A stretch of DNA of 64,000 nucleotides. Source: Squalus acanthias (taxonomy: Eukaryota). The stretch lies in NCBI GenBank assembly GCA_030390025.1, contig CM059432.1, positions 148,740,001 to 148,804,000 on the forward strand, in the 5' to 3' direction. The notes beneath the pieces were generated by a model. It saw nothing but the letters and a program-made list of their open reading frames with translations. It ran no database searches and was not told the origin of the DNA. A program made the translations under genes and the position numbers. Shown here one piece after another: positions 62,547 to 64,000 of the stretch (positions are counted from its first letter, which is position 1; each line of letters opens with the position of its first letter).

Positions 62547-63429
62547 GGCACAATGTTTATTCTGTTACTCCAACTCAAATGACCGTAAAGTGCTCGTTAT
62601 GATTTGGCCTTTGCTTGGTATTTTTTCTGTTGCCGAATACAAAACAGGCAAACCCACGCTTCCTACTAACTGAAGCAAGACCCTGTGCAGACAGTAATGC
62701 AGATATCGTGCACCCAATAGACTTATCGTCTCTCGATTTACATGTAGGATTTCCACTACACACCCACGTCACCTTAGAAAATAATTATCAGTCACCCCAG
62801 GCACTTTTGTAACAGACTAAACTACCAAAATGATTTATTCAAAAACAGAGTTATTTACAGAATCAGGCAGTAACAGCCAGTTGTTGAATTTAGCCTGAAA
62901 AAGAAAGCAGCTTTGACGTAGTTCAGGAAAGGGTTAAACAGATAAGCCGGACAGTTTATTTACTTTGAGCACCTTGCTTTGCAGGTTTTTATAGACAAAC
63001 TGTTGTCAGACTGGGAGTAGCTACCTGATCCTTACTGATTTACTGCCCTTCTCTGAATTACATAGGTGTCCGAACTAGGGAGCTGCATATTGCCATAGTG
63101 TCTGTTGTAGCTCGGTCAAAAACAGAACCAGCCATTACATCTGAACTGTCAGCTTCTTCTATCCATAAAACCCTTGAGAATACAGTTCACTTTGGGAAGC
63201 CAATCTAAGAGACCGAGGCACGTTGCTCAAACAGTGGGGATTGAACTCCATAATATGTACACAAAATAATGCTGACGGACACCTGTGCTGTTTTAGAAGT
63301 GCTGCTTGTGTCTGCACTGTCCTGATTAGATTATGTCATTGATCACTATCCCAGTACTCCATGTTGAACTGTTTTTATGGTTGGATGGGCTGAGCAGCTT
63401 CACACATTGAGTGAAAACGCTTCATAATT

Positions 63430-63800
63430 TAGGCTGGCACTTCAGTGCAGCATTGAGGGAGTGCTACACTGCCGGAGGTGCCGTCTTTCGGATTAGACGT
63501 TAAACCGAGGCCCTGTTTACCCTTTCAGGTGGGCACGACAGATCCCACAGCTCTATTTGAATAAGAGCAGTTCTCCACAGTGTCCTGGCCAGCGTTTATT
63601 CCCGAAGCCAACATCACTAAAACAGATGATCTGGTCATTTATTTCATTGCTGTTAGCGGGAGCTTGCTGTGTGCAAATTGGCTGCCGCAGTTCATACATT
63701 ACAATAGTGATTACACTTCAAAAGTACTTTGTTGGCTGGAAAGCACTTTGGGACATCCTCAGTTTGTGAAAGGTGCGATAGAAATGTAAGTTCGCTCTTT
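63430..63800 (+). mobile_element. DeuSINE (SacSINE1-like)
   Basis: Deu core ggagtgctacactgccggaggtgccgtctttcggattagacgttaaaccgaggcc. Confidence 0.85.
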
Positions 63801-64000
63801 CTTTTCCACTCATTGGATCACAGGCAATTTTACACACTGCACCTCGTCAGACTGATTAGTGCAACCAATCTTAAAATGGCTACAATTAAGGCATACAATC
63901 CCATAAATAATATTAAAACATAGAATCATTTATGACTTTTAATATGACCCATCATAGTACAGTCCTAGAAACATAACATAGAGTAAGCAAAGTTATAATG

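Noticed and set aside
62575..62772. Possible ITGA9 exon 3 (acceptor ttttctaag, TCKSRDDKSIG resembling TCREDRDDEWMG)
   Set aside because: The required phase-1 frame hits TAG after four codons, and the WMGVSL motif is absent. Exon 3 is probably outside the window.

Overview
This is eukaryotic, repeat-dense vertebrate DNA, most likely from a shark or other elasmobranch, judged from HE1-type V-SINE / HER1-type CR1 tails and SacSINE1-like DeuSINEs. The window lies inside the integrin alpha-9 gene (ITGA9) on the minus strand. Seven coding exons, matching human exons 4-10, splice into one open frame. One of their donors is GC (GC-AG intron), and exons 1-3 were not found in the window. The introns are filled with CR1, L2 and RTE LINE fragments, Penelope-like elements whose pseudo-LTRs carry minimal hammerhead-ribozyme motifs, PIF/Harbinger-like and hAT MITEs, SINEs and a 29-bp minisatellite. 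Most tracked ORFs are spurious or transposon-derived. The main observations are a captured spliced RPA1 fragment between 7-bp direct repeats, two covarying hammerhead families with a strand asymmetry, a covarying MITE hairpin, a partial exon duplication, a probable CR1 3' transduction and a multi-layer palindrome. Homology calls rest on recalled sequences, not database searches, and many repeat boundaries are approximate.
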